From Eledone cirrhosa (taxonomy: Eukaryota): a stretch of 64,000 nucleotides of DNA. The notes under the pieces are model-generated. The model saw only the letters and a list, made by a program, of their open reading frames with translations, searched no databases and was not told the origin of the DNA. The position numbers were made by a program, and so were the translations under genes. Shown in pieces: positions 41,117 through 54,919 of this stretch. Position 1 is the stretch's first letter, and each line of letters opens with the position of its first letter. The stretch spans positions 22,196,001 to 22,260,000 of the forward strand of contig OZ024756.1 in assembly GCA_964016885.1 (NCBI GenBank), read 5' to 3'.

Positions 41117-41984
41117 GAAAAAGAAAAGAAGAAGGAAAAGGAGAAGGAAAAGAAGAAGGATAAGAAGAAAAAGAAGAAGGAAAAGAAGGAAATGAAGAAA
41201 AAGAAGGAAAAGAAGGAAAAGATGAAGAAGAAAAAGAACAACAACAATAACAAGACAATGGCGATGGGTGCAGTATTAATTCTTCGAGTTGTTTTGCAAA
41301 TATCATTATCGCTTGAGCCATTTCAAATTAAGCCGTCTCATTAAATATACTACATTTTATTGCGAATGTTATTTAGTTGTTTAAACAGAGAAAGTAAAAA
41401 AAAGGATATATCTTATATTTACATTTAGAATTAAATACGGCCATGAAGAGAGAAGAATCGTCTCAAAGACAGCATTAATGTTTTTGAATTGGTAGTATGG
41501 TAGAGGGTCGGACGCCATGCTTTGACGCATAGAGTTACGGCCCTTGCCATTCGAATCCCGACGAGGTTAACTTTGCCTTTCATCCTTAAGAGGTCGATAA
41601 AATAAAGTACCAGTAATGCACCTTGTGCCAATAGTAGAAACAATTAGCGTTTTAAATATATAGAAATGTCTTTAAGTCAATAGTTACAGAGGAACTTTCC
41701 ATGTTTACTTACATTTTCAATAGTTCTAATTTAAATATCGGAGAGTAGATATATACATATATCGACATATCTATCTATCTATATATATATATATATGGAT
41801 ACATACATATACACATATATCTATCTATATATATATATATATATATGTATACATACACACTTATATACATATATCTATCTATATATATATGTATACATAC
41901 ACACATATGTACATATGTCTATCTATATATATATATATGTATACATACATATATACATATATCTATCTATCTATCTATCTATCC

Positions 41985-42017
<33 letters not shown>

Positions 42018-42186
42018 TCTATCCATATATCTATCCATATATATATATACATATATATAATATACATATATATAACATACATACATATATATAACATACA
42101 TTTATATAACATACATACATATATATAACATACATTTATATATACAGTTATATATATGTATGTATGTATGTTATATATATTTATGT

Positions 42187-42236
<50 letters not shown>

Positions 42237-42869
42237 CATACATACATATATATAGAGAGAAAGAAAGAGAGAAAGAGAGACATAAATAGATATATTTATT
42301 TGTCACAAGGGCGTACAAAAATGGGACATTACATGACGTGACGGCGGGGGTTTTACATAAAATCTTTAACGATGATGGATAACAATAAACTATATGTAAA
42401 AAGTAAAAGAATCCAAATCCCCATATACAGGGGAACGTTACTGCGGGGTTGTTTTATACCCCGTGGATAGAACAACCCTCAACACCTGCAACACGTTTTC
42501 TAGATGTTATAGATAGATTGATATAGTGGAGAGGTGGAGCTAGTATATTTGTATATATATACCTTGATATGTATGTATGCATAGCTATACATGTAATCTA
42601 TATATATTATGTGGATTGGCAGTATCGGTAGAGGGTCGGACGCCATACTTCGCAGCAAAGAGTTACGGCCCTTTATAATCTGAGTTCAAATCCCGCCGAG
42701 GTTAACTTTGCCTTTCATCCTTATGGGGTCGATAAAATAAAGTACCAGTAATACACTGGAATAATTGCTGACCTTGTGCCAAAAGTAGAAACAATTATAT
42801 ATAGATTATAGATTATATATTTGCAATATTTATAAACACACACACCGCTCTCTCTCTCTCTCTCTTTCT

Positions 42870-43352
42870 CTCATTATATATATGCATATATAATTATATA
42901 TATATGTATTCTCTCGTTATATATATACATATATAATTATATATACGTATTCTGTCATTATATATATACATATATAATTATATATATGTATTCTCTCATT
43001 ATATATATACATATATAATTATATATATGTATTCTGTCATTATATATATACATATATAATTATATATACGTATTCTCTCATTATATATATGCATGTATAA
43101 TTATATATATATGTATTCTCTCATTATATATATATACATATATAATTATATATACGTATTCTCTCTTTATATATATACATATATAATTATATATACGTAT
43201 TCTCTCATTATATATATACATATATAATTATATATATGTATTCCCTCATTATATATATACATATATAATTATATATACGTATTCTCTCATTATATATATA
43301 CATATATAATTATATATACGTAATTTCTCATTATATATATACATATATAATA
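42870..43352. repeat. ~40-bp minisatellite (tattctctcattatatatatacatatataattatatatacg)n
   Basis: About 12 consecutive copies. Confidence 0.9.
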
Positions 43353-43681
43353 TATAGAGGTACGTCCCTTGCCATTCTGAGTTCAAATCCCGCCAAGGTT
43401 AACTTTGCCTTTCATCCTCACGGGGTCGATGAAATAAAGTACCAGTAATGCACTGGGTAATTGCTGGCCTTGTGCCAAAAGTAGAAACAATTATATATAT
43501 ACATATATATGTATTAGATAGTGAACACAAATTATAATAACTCTGTTTGATGACTGATCCAGACGTATATTAATATTGTCTGGCATATAGAAACCTTTGG
43601 TAATGGAGTAGTTATATAGCTCTGTTCAATACATAGAGCACTCTTTTTTCCTTTGCTTTTTCTTCGGAATTACCTAACATA

Positions 43682-43724
<43 letters not shown>

Positions 43725-43725
43725 C

Positions 43726-44386
43726 GAATCTAGGAGCAGTTTAGGTATGATACATTTTATTACTAATTATATCTAAATGTTTCTTCTCTCTTCATAATGT
43801 ATTTTTAACTCTGATACTGGTTCAGTCTAGTTCAACCGGATTGGTCTGTCCCAGTCATTCATTGAGCAACATCGGTGAAGTTGGCACCCTTAACTCACGG
43901 TTGGGTGCGGATGCATTCATGTATATGTGTGTCCCCGCATGTATCTGTGTGTTTCTAAATATATTGTTAATAACTCCCTCTGGTCGAGCAATCTTTGAAG
44001 TGTGGGGACTGCTGGAAAGCTTCCATTACACATACTTCTCGTCCCCTTCACCACCTCTTCTACGGCTTCGATATAAATACCCCCTCCGCCTCCGTGGTAT
44101 TTTCTTCGGGGTTATAAGAGGCTTAGCTCTGTTTCTCGACCGTTATATCGCGTGACTATCTCCCCCTCCGCCTTTTGGGATTCTTTCTCACGTCATGTAG
44201 ACGCGTTCTTGAGACTAGTAAAATGAGGTATCCTCTTGATAAGTCGGCAGACCTCGCAAGGACTCTATATCTTTATGATGTATTGTTTTTGTTTATGCCA
44301 CGAAACTACGTAGTCGAGGAATCTAGGAGCAGTTTAGGTATGATACATTTTATTACTAATTATATCTAAATGTTTCTTCTCTCTTC

Positions 44387-44391
<5 letters not shown>
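43726..44391 (+). mobile_element. Retrozyme-like element: 593-nt unit plus 73-bp terminal direct repeat, with an HHR at the unit junction, inside (TA)n
   Basis: 43726-43798 equals 44319-44391; the HHR cleavage site after 44315 lies 3 nt before the repeat. Confidence 0.8.
44231..44320 (+). ncRNA. Type I hammerhead ribozyme with U3-A8 covariant core
   Basis: TCCTC-TTGATAA-GT(C)GGCA...TGCCAC-GAAA-CTACGTAG-TC-GAGGA. Confidence 0.8.
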
Positions 44392-44466
<75 letters not shown>

Positions 44467-44535
44467 GTAATAGTAAATGTGAAGACTAAAATCGGAAGAT
44501 GGCTCGATAAATAATATATATATATATATATATAG

Positions 44536-44678
44536 GTAATTCCGGGTTCAATCGGGGGTACTCAATACATAGCAGAGTATAAATGTTTAATAAAGAAAAT
44601 CTTCTACATGACTTGAACTGTTTCATTCGTGCGATTCCTTATGATTTCGTACGAATGAAACAGTTCTAGTCCTGTAGA

Positions 44679-44680
<2 letters not shown>
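44536..44680. mobile_element. Family F fold-back element (palindrome 44601-44680); sister at 60368-60540
   Basis: cttctaca...gaactgtttcattcg / cgaatgaaacagttctagtcctgtagaag. Confidence 0.7.
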
Positions 44681-44753
<73 letters not shown>

Positions 44754-45150
44754 ACACACACACACAAACCCATAGAGCAAATATTTATTATAAGAACAGA
44801 TTGAAGATTAAGAGAGATATATCTCATAAAATACCACTAAATATTATGAATATTCCTTTCATAGCCATTCACTTGACTCAGTGGTTTCTGTATTCCGCTG
44901 TTGCCAATTCTGGATACAGATTGTAGCCAATATTTAGTACTCATTTCAGATCTATACTTCTTTTATTGATTTACAGAATCGATAATTAATGTTTTGGGAT
45001 GCAACATGTTAAAATTGCTCAGCGAAATCATAAATCTGCATGCATACTCTGAATTCACTATCTCACACACACACACACATATGTATGAACACACACACAC
45101 ACACATGTACGAACACACACACACATATATATACATACATATACCAACAT

Positions 45151-45181
<31 letters not shown>

Positions 45182-46047
45182 CATACACACACACACATAT
45201 ACATGCATGTACGTATGAACACAAACATACGCATATATATATATATATGTATATATAGGAAAAGTAAAAAACAAAATAAAACAAGGAGTGCAGTTACGAA
45301 CAGTGTTGGTATTAGGTTCACGCTTGAGAGTAAGTAATAAATATATTTAAATATATATATATATATATATATATGAAAACATACACACATATATGAACAC
45401 AAGTCGAGAGGGAAAGAGATATATATTTATCTGTAAGTATGTGTGCATGTCTGTATATATATATGTGTATCTGTATGTGATTTTTCCCGGAAACTATTTC
45501 TAAATTCCGTTTAAATCAGTTTTGAATACACGAGAACAAGCGAAAGAAAAAAAACGAAAAAACCGCAAAAATTTACAATGAGGAAAACAGAATGTTTTAA
45601 AATTATGAAACAAACAAGCAATTTGTAATATATTACTGTTGTGTTACAATGAGAAAAAGGAAAGGAAGCTATACGAAACGAATGTTTGTAGCGAAAGTTT
45701 ATATATATATATATATATATGTGAGTATGTGTGTATGTGTGTATGTGTCTGTGTGTGTGTGTATATGTGTTTGTGAGCGCATGTGTGTGTTTCTATACGT
45801 ATGTATCTATCTATATATGTATGTGTATATCTATCTATATATGTATGTATGTACATATATATATATCTATTTATATACCTTTCATTTATATATATATATA
45901 TGTGTGTGTGTGTGTAGAGGTTATAATTAATTTATTGGGATACAACAAGCAAAATATTTTTATAACTGATATAAAGCACTCAAAAAATTATTAGAGTAAA
46001 TATAAAATATATTAACAAATGGAAACTATATTTATAAAACCATATTT

Positions 46048-46111
46048 ATTTCATTATACATATTTCATGGGCCACCAAAGCAGATTATGGTGCGCTTTCA
46101 TCCGATAAAAT
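46048..46111 (-). ncRNA. Family B hammerhead (U4->G variant)
   Basis: Minus strand: ATTTTAT-CGGATGA-stem II-GAAA-TATGTA-TA-ATGAAAT. Confidence 0.65.
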
Positions 46112-46310
46112 ATAATATAGATTTGTTTTATAAATAAATATTGACATACCCTGAAAAAATGCAACCTTCACAGTTGGAGTCTCCTATATATATATAACGA
46201 AGGAATTGTGGTAAGAAACCAGATGGACCATAACGCACCAAACTACTCAATACAGCCCAGAAATAGCCGTCGAAAAGGCTTGAGCTCTGCCGTCGGGGTC
46301 ATACTTGTTC

Positions 46311-46345
<35 letters not shown>

Positions 46346-46359
46346 GTATAAATGTGCAT

Positions 46360-46610
46360 CGTTCACGATTTCACCGAATTTAAATTCATAGAAATTTGGG
46401 ACTTGACTCCTTCTTCCTCACTTTTCGTTGCTTCACCATTTTTGTTTATTTACGTGTCCCAACGACTTTTTTTAGTCGTTGCTCGCACCAACCGGAGGTA
46501 TATGGTCTTTAAAGCGATGAAATACCACTGATGGTTGGAAGATCACTGATGAAGGACTAACTTTATTCATATGTAACCCATTAGCAACCCCGCAGCACGT
46601 TTATTTCTTA
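46360..46610 (+). repeat. Interspersed TA-associated family G (also ~58470-58800 and 60545-60903)
   Basis: Shared gttgctcgcaccaacc(a/g)gaggtatatgg...ggaagatcactgatgaaggactaa. Confidence 0.65.
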
Positions 46611-46692
46611 TTTATATATATATATTATATATATATGTATACATGTGTGTATATATATATATATATATTATATATATATATGTATAAATGTG

Positions 46693-46724
<32 letters not shown>

Positions 46725-46779
46725 GTATAAATGTGTATATATATATATTACTGTCTATTATTATTATCATCATGCTTTA

Positions 46780-47170
46780 GGGAGGGGGATTGGCAGTATT
46801 GGTAGAGGGTCGGACGCCATGCTTTGCAGCATAGGGTTACGGCTTTTTATGATCCGAGTTCAAATTCCGCCGAGGTTAACTTTGCCTTTTATCTTTACGG
46901 GGTCGATAAAATAAAGTACCAGTCACGCACTGGAGTCGATTTAATAGACTTTCTCCCCCCCCCCCAAAAAAAAAATTGCTGGCCTTGTGCCTATATAAGA
47001 AATCATTATTATCATCATGCTTTGACGCATAGTTACAGCTCTTGCCATTCTGAGTTCAAATCCCGCCGAGGTTAACTTTGCCTTTCATCCTTACTGGGTC
47101 GATAAAATAAAGTACCAGTAATGCACTGGAATAATTGCTGGCCTTGTGTCAAAAAGTAGAAACAATTATT
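46780..47170 (+). mobile_element. Two tandem major-SINE copies
   Basis: Diagnostic SINE motifs. Confidence 0.85.
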
Positions 47171-47469
47171 ATTATAATTAATTTTATTTATTTGTGTATT
47201 AGGTTCTTGTTTTCTTTTATTTTCTATCAATTGGCGGATGACTGCAGAATAACGAAATCAACGGATTAAAGATATTGTAAGGTAGATCTCCTTTATATTT
47301 TGATTGTTTAAATCACAATGCTATCATCTTAATACTTTCAAGATCGATATAATTGTCTATTGATGCAGTCCGACTGATCTCTTTCTGAAAATATGTGGCT
47401 TTGTTCCTAGTTTAGAATCTTTCTTTAAACCGAGCAACACATTGAATAATGGCGTTCCAAAATGGTTTT

Positions 47470-47750
47470 CTGATGGGCAAATCGCCTGGTTTGTATGGTC
47501 AACACCATAACTTTTATGGTAGAACGCCAGGCTTGTTTGCCCCTTTTTTCTATTTTTTTTCTATCTTTTCTTTTATTTTTTGGCAGTCATTGAATGCAAA
47601 TAGCAACAAAATGGGAATATTCCCTGATGTATTGGCTGGCCGGAGAGCAGTAGCACTCATTAGGAAGGGTGCCAACAAGCTTGATATCAGCAACAATTTT
47701 CTGACCCACAAAACTAATGAGTGAAGCGATTAAGGTCTAGGCCGAAGTAC
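47470..47750 (+). mobile_element. Decayed L1/Tx1-type RT N-terminal fragment
   Basis: GKSPGLYG...FY...P...GIFP...VALIRKGANK...NNF resembles KSPGxDG..EFY....LIxK...NFRPI. Confidence 0.6.
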
Positions 47751-49745
47751 AGTTAGGCCATAACGGTGTGATGGTGTCTTGAGTCTGGCATCGTTCGTGA
47801 CGGATATTGCGTCATACGTCAGGTAAATGGAGCCATCCGCACATTAGATGTTGATAGAAAATGGATATTCTGCCCAGCAGAATGCTTCTCTTCAAATGAG
47901 AAGAAAAGACCGAAATTCCAAACTGGTCAGACGAACGCCAGGAAAGAAGCATAATAAACCTGCCAGACGGCATTAAATAACGAAACCGTTCTCTGCATGT
48001 TCAGACACCTCCTGTTATTTCGAGTATAAATACGTTTCAGTACATTTTTGTTTTGTGTGACTATTAATCCTTCTCGTGACAAAATCACTTGCTATCAATC
48101 TGGTGAACTAGGCAAAATCTCATTCCAGACATCTTAACAGGAATGGTAATCTACCGAACCCTAACACAGACCGCTATAAACGTAACTCTCCGGCTGCTTA
48201 AATGCAAGCCCTCATTTTCTTCTGGCTAATGAATGCTATCATTACTACTAGCATATAGATAGATATTACATAGATAAATTTGAGATGTATAGCAATATAT
48301 ATTATATATATAGAGAGAGATAGAGAGCCTGTCAAAGACATACTCAGAGAAAGAGGGGGAGGAGAGAGAGAGAGAGAAGCAAGCATTAAAAAAAACTGTA
48401 TTAAAGATATCAGTTTTCTAACATAAAGCACAGTGTGACAGGGGAGAGAATGATTCAGCAATATCATTCTGGTAAGCGAACAAAGAATTTAATATAATTC
48501 TAAAGCTAAATTTTTTAAAAAAGATATTGCTCTGGATTTTTAATTCGTTTTAATTTCAATAATTTAAAAGAATTCCAAGCCCTGAAGAAAATAATATTCG
48601 GATTAAAGATGAACATCAAAAGAATCAATGAAATTCGGAATTAAAAGATATTCCTTTAAAATTAATCCTTCCTTGAATCACAATTGAATACAATACATCG
48701 GAAATTGAAGATGTACGCCAACGTATAAAATTCAGTTGCCGTAGTGCTATTTTGATTGGATAAACGATGAAGCTGTTCCACAAATCAGAAGTTCAATTAT
48801 ATCGCAGATAGCTCTTGGCTGTAGGGAAATTGATCTGAGAAAGGCTAGATTAATAATACCAAATAATAGGCAAATTGCGAAAAGTGTAAGAGCGTCGGAC
48901 GAAACAGAATGCGTTAATTCTTCCTAATTGTCCTCGTGTCCGGAATTTAACAGCGCCGATGTGAATTTTATATTTTATCCTCCCGGATGTCAATTAAATA
49001 CCAGCGGTATTTGTTCCTGCTATTTCATTCCTGAATTCAAATGATGCTTTGGCTTAACTTCGGTGCTAGACTTAATCGTTCATCTAGATTTATACCACTA
49101 TCTGGCCCTTGGCTGTCTCTAGCGACGTACATTCTTTTGCAGGAATTTGGTCTTAATACTTAATACGAGTTAAATGAGTATGCACCTGAGTATAGACCTC
49201 AGCATACTACATGTGTATATGTAGAAAGTAACACACAGGATGACTATAGACATTTAGATTAGTGAGATGATAAAAGTTAAGTGTCATTCTATCACGTAAC
49301 ACATTCCTAAAACCTCTATAATTGTAGATGGTTCTATCTAATGTTTCAAAGTTATAAGTTAATACATTCACGTCTCCTTCCACGTGTGAACACACACACA
49401 CACACACATTAAATATATATATATATAATACATAATGTTACTTTATTTATCGAATATAATGGTACGTCAAATATATACATACATATACATAGATATATAT
49501 ACTTATGTACATACATACATCTACATACATGTATATACATACTTATGTACATACATATACATAAATATATATATATATATATGTGTGTGTGTATATATGT
49601 GTGCGGATGTGTCTACTATACGTAAACACGCTGATTTAGTTTAGTTTTATTCCTAGTTGATGTCAGATCGTCAAGCATATCAAAAAATATATTATTAACT
49701 CTCTCTCTCTCTCTCTTATTATATACATATATATATATATATATA

Positions 49746-49949
49746 TAACGGAGGAAATGTGGTAAGGAACCAGGTGGACCATAACGCACCAAAGTACTCA
49801 ATACTTAGGGTAGTAGAGTGGGTAATAGGAACGAGTAGGACCCCGACGGCTGAGCTCAAGCCGTTTCGATGGCTAATTCGTTTTTTTTTTAGTCCAGAAT
49901 TAGCCGTCGAAATGGCTTGAGCTCAGCCGTCGGGGTCCTACTCGTTCCT

Positions 49950-49950
<1 letters not shown>
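49746..49950. mobile_element. Family A fold-back element (arms 49826-49950)
   Basis: The palindrome centre is the stem-II hairpin, followed by GAAA-TGGC...GCCG-TC-GGGGT. Confidence 0.75.
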
Positions 49951-49984
<34 letters not shown>

Positions 49985-49989
<5 letters not shown>

Positions 49990-50333
49990 AAAGTGAGGAG
50001 TGAAATCCGAAGATCCCGTTATGGGTGAAAGCAAAGATTCTTTGCTTAAACTTTAATCTGTTCTTATAATAGTATGTTCTTATAGTCCACATTGTAAACG
50101 TGGTTGGTGTTAGGAAGGGCATCCAGCCGTAGAAAACCCGCCAGACAGTCCTGAGCAAGACAACCAATCTTGCCTCAAGTGGGAAAATTCCCGTCCAAAC
50201 CCATGCTAGCGTGGAAGATGGACGTTAAACGATGATGATGATGATATATATTATAAGAACAGATTAAAGTTTAAGCAAAGAATCGTTGCTTTCACCCATA
50301 ACGGGATCTTCGGATTTCACTCCTCACTTTTAT

Positions 50334-50337
<4 letters not shown>
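49985..50337. mobile_element. Family C inverted pair enclosing a SINE 3' fragment with a (GAT)n tail (~50085-50245)
   Basis: Arms ~49985-50070 and ~50250-50337; aggaagggcatccagccgtagaaa...ggacgttaaacgatgatg; a related SINE tail lies on the minus strand at 54535-54645. Confidence 0.75.
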
Positions 50338-50365
<28 letters not shown>

Positions 50366-51216
50366 TGTATGTATGTATGTATGTATGTATGTATGTATGT
50401 ATGTGTGCGTGTGCATGTGTGTGTGTGTGTGACAACTTATTGTGTACACGTACTGAGTAAGTAAACATCAATGAAGATGGAAAAGGATACTGAAATACTA
50501 GTGTTTGTCGTTCTTACATGGTTCCTGATGTAAAGGCGACATGATGACACATTCCAATACCCACTGTGAGACTTATGTACGTTTCTTATATATAAACATA
50601 TTGCATTTCAGCATTCGTGGCCTCCGGTGGATTGACAGTATCGGTATAGAGTCGGACACCATGCTTTGAAGCATAGAGTTATGTCCCTTTATGATCTGAG
50701 TTCAAATTCCGCCGAGGTTAACTTACGGGGTCCATAAAATAAAGTACCAGTAATGTACTAGTGATTTGCTGGCCTTGTGCCAAAAATAGAAAACATTATA
50801 TATTATGTAGGCAGCACTTTGTATGACGTTATTAATCTGGCAGTGCCTTGGGGTCAAATCTTGTAAAAGCTTTACCTCCGAAAGATTTATCATGACTGTC
50901 ATCATGTATGTCAATATTTTCCATATTTACACTTGGTCTTCTGTGTTCTCTTTAGCGTTCTCAATTCCATAAATGTATCTCGATCAATGTTAAATACACA
51001 TTATATAGGAGAATAAATATCAGATTATCATTTCCTATACTGTGGTGTTCCTGTGAATTTAACTGCAGTAATTACACTAATCAGTTTATCGTCAAGATGT
51101 TCCAGATGATAAACGTGGAATTAAATGTACTGAGTGGGGGGAAAGGTGATGTATTACAGAAATAAATCATATATTTTCAATTCTGACATGTCGGTTGCAG
51201 ATGTATGTGGTTGTGG

Positions 51217-51286
<70 letters not shown>

Positions 51287-51991
51287 CGGCGTGTGTTCGT
51301 ATGCGCGTGTTCATGAATGCGTGCGTGCGTATGTGCGCGTGATCGTGTATGTGTGTGTGTGTGTGCTATGCTTTCCAGCTAGCAATGTGCCAAAGTAAAA
51401 ACAATTATTCAAACCCTCGGCCCTTTATGATGCGAGTTCAAATCTCGCCGAGGTTTACTTTGCCTTTCATCGTTACGGGGTCGATAAAATAAAGTACCAG
51501 TAATGCACTAGGGTCGATTTAATCGGCTTTCCCCTCCCTCTCCCGCAAATCGCTGGCCTTGTGCCTATATTAGAAACCATTATTTTCAAATCCTCTTATT
51601 AATAACTGCACTGTTAACTTCCAAGGATTGTGTTGAAAAATAAAACTCATTTGGACATTCTATGAGACTATCTTGCTCAGCTTATGAAATGTTCAATCTA
51701 TGAATGTTTTAGAGATATGAAAAGGGAACAAACAGAGCTATTGGTAGCGATAAAGAAGGGTTAATAGTATATAGATTGCCAGATATATAGAATACACTCC
51801 ACTAAAAGAGAGATCAATTTTGGAAGTTGTTCACTACATCACCTCGAGTTATGTGAAGAAATTATGACATATCAAGAACAATTAGAAATGACAATACATT
51901 ATGTTACTTTATTAAGTTACTTTATTTGCCGAATATAATGGTATGTCAAATATATATATATATACACAGATACATAAATACATACATATAC

Positions 51992-52042
<51 letters not shown>

Positions 52043-52330
52043 AGATCTGCCGTGTGAAGTACTGAAGGGTGTGAAATTAGAGTAGTAATTGAAGCAGAGT
52101 ATAGACACACACACATATATATCCACATAAATTCCAAATGCCACGGAACAGATGAAAACATAATAGATATTTAACATATATTTGATAAAATTGTTAAATC
52201 AATCAAAACAGGTTATATTTTATGCAACAATTATAAAACTACATATTCCTTCGGATTAAAGAGAAAATCATCTTTAAATATACTTCTGTGCATTTTCACC
52301 TTTACTTTTTAACTCTATATACACGTGTAC

Positions 52331-52427
<97 letters not shown>

Positions 52428-52428
52428 C

Positions 52429-52546
<118 letters not shown>

Positions 52547-52769
52547 GTGTACATATATATATAAATGTCTACATCTATATACATAAACGTCTATATATAC
52601 ACACATTATATATATATATATATATTTATATATAACTTCTACATATATATATATATATATATAGATAGATGCACGCATACGATTTATTCGTGAGATGTCA
52701 TATAAGTGCATATGAATATTATTTGAAGGTTGAAAACAAACAACGAACGAGAAAACAACATTAACTGAC

Positions 52770-52883
52770 CTTTGCATCATAAATAGCTGATCGCCTTCCA
52801 CGGCGTGCTAATGGAGGCGAAGGCTCACCCTCACTTTCATCCGATCCACTGGTGAGGCTACCAGAACTAACACGGCGTAAATG
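52770..52883 (-). CDS. Internal coding exon of an unidentified host gene: [38 protein letters not shown]
   Basis: Acceptor ttttgtttttattgcag, donor AAG|gtcagt, 114 nt, phase 0/0, only one open frame, GC-rich island. Confidence 0.75.
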
Positions 52884-52997
52884 CTGCAATAAAAACAAAA
52901 TGAAATAATTTTACTTCGTTTGAACTAAAATGGTCTGACAATGTATACAGCGAGATAGATACACATAGCTGCACACTCAGACACAAACATATATATA

Positions 52998-53193
52998 TAG
53001 AAAATAGAATAGCTTTCACCGTATTTTTGACTAAAGAAATGTCAGCCTGATAATGGGGTTTAGAACCCTCAGATAAATGGAAAAAGATGTCAATAATCAT
53101 CTTTTTACATTTATCTGAGGGTTCCAAACCCCATTATCAGGCTAAAATTTCTTTAGTAAAGAAAAAAAACGGTGAAAGCTATTCTATTTTCTA
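52998..53193. mobile_element. Fold-back palindromic element next to (TA)n
   Basis: tagaaaatagaatagctttcaccg...cctgataatggggttt / aaaccccattatcagg...cggtgaaagctattctattttcta. Confidence 0.75.
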
Positions 53194-53232
53194 ATTTCAA
53201 ACTTGCTCACTGTTTCAAAACATACTTACTTG

Positions 53233-53268
<36 letters not shown>

Positions 53269-53390
53269 ACGTATAATAACACACACACGCATAAACACAC
53301 GCACAAATTTGTTTGTTTTTTGTTCTATTTCAGATAGACGCGCTCCATCATATATTTTTCCGTTAATATATATATATATATATATATATA

Positions 53391-53873
53391 CTGATTAATG
53401 TTCAGAGCCATCCTCAGCATTCTCGTGTAGCATCCATCCATCATCTGAGTGAGTTTCTTGGTCAGTGTCCAAGTCTCAGACCCATACAGCAGCACAGACT
53501 CCACTACAGCAATGTAGAGGCGGATTTTCAGGTCTCTACGAAGGCCCGACTTCCACACAGATCTCAAGCTGTGGCACTGAGGATGAAAAACTCAGAGATG
53601 TATGGGAGCATCCCAAGAGTCAGCTCAAAAGTGACACCGAGGAGACTGAGGTTAGCTGGACATGCTCACCGACATCCAGAGTTGACATTGCACTCAGTAC
53701 TCCTTTGGGAGCCCCTACATGGACACACTAGAAGTGGAAGACCAAGGTTAACGTATGTTGATGCCCTAAGGACAGACACTGGTCTGTTGGAGACGCAGGA
53801 CATGGCAGCGATAATGAGGGACAGAGACCGCTGGAGAGAACTCGTCCATGGATCTCGGGAATTTTACCCGCCT

Positions 53874-53958
<85 letters not shown>
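53391..53958 (+). mobile_element. RTE-clade LINE 3' part with a 5' inversion and (GA)n tail
   Basis: Minus ~53577-53391: CHSLRSVWKS...VESVLLYGSETWTLTKK...DGCYTRMLRMALNINQ. Plus from ~53577: LRMKNSEMYG...RRLRLAGH...GRPRLTYVD...DRDRWR. Confidence 0.9.
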
Positions 53959-53961
<3 letters not shown>

Positions 53962-54117
53962 ACACGCAGTGAGCACATATAGCTATGAAACAAAATATAT
54001 CCACAAATTATTTAAGATTCATAATTTAATATTTTCCAGACTGACAATTTTTTTAATATAATGTACATATCCATTCACACACACACACACACACATTATA
54101 TATATATAATATATATA

Positions 54118-54290
54118 TAGGAAAATGTTTAACCCCGACGGCAGAGCTCAAGCCGTTTCGACGGCTATTTCAGTCCAGATATAGCCGTCGGGGTTAAACA
54201 TTTTCCTATTACCCACTCTACTACCCTAAGTATTGAGTACTCTGGTGCGCTATGGTCCATCTGTTTCCTTACCACACCTCCTTCGTTATA
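54118..54290. mobile_element. Family A fold-back element
   Basis: Arms 54118-54208 around gacggctatttc agtcca gatatagccgtc. Confidence 0.75.
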
Positions 54291-54396
54291 TATATATATA
54301 TTGGTTCTTTACCGACACCTCAGTATGCAGATTGGTTTGTTTACTCCGGAGTAATGTAACATGTGTACCTGTCCTTCCCACACCAATTCGGACTGC

Positions 54397-54437
54397 CTGA
54401 AGAGGTCACAGCCAATGATGGCTGTCACCGAAATATA
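54397..54437 (+). ncRNA. Partial HHR (core and stem II intact, stem I lost)
   Basis: CTGAAGA-GGTCACAGCCA atga TGGCTGTCACC-GAAA-TATA. Confidence 0.55.
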
Positions 54438-54498
54438 TATAAAAGTATATCTATAATTTGTAATAAACGAAGCCAAATTTTATATATTTGACACAAAT

Positions 54499-54538
<40 letters not shown>

Positions 54539-54919
54539 TCATCATCATCATCATCGTTTAACGTCCGTGTTCCATGCTTGCATGGGTTTGGACGGGAGTT
54601 TTCCCACTTGAGGCAAGAGTGGTTGTCTTGCTCGCATAGGACTGTCTATATATATATAAAACAATTTAGGTACACTGTCTATTAGTATAAGATTACTTGA
54701 TTGGTTCTAGATAATTGTTTTTTTCATATCTTTATCATTATTTTGTTTTATATTTTATTCATTTTTTATATTCTCTTATTTGTATCTTACATTAATATAA
54801 TCAATAATCTAGCTTGTTACAAAAACATCTATGTAAATATATTACCTGAAATATATCATATATAAATAATATTTATAGACGTCCTGCTAGTTAGTACTAT
54901 TAAATTCATGTCCATATAT

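Noticed and set aside
46547-46580. CTGATGA in family G as a hammerhead (also ~58749 and ~60879)
   Set aside because: No downstream GAAA with stem III in any of the three copies
50866-50945. Possible minus-strand exon (RPSVNMENIDIHDDSHDKSFG)
   Set aside because: Purine-rich, weak acceptor and an in-frame stop just upstream
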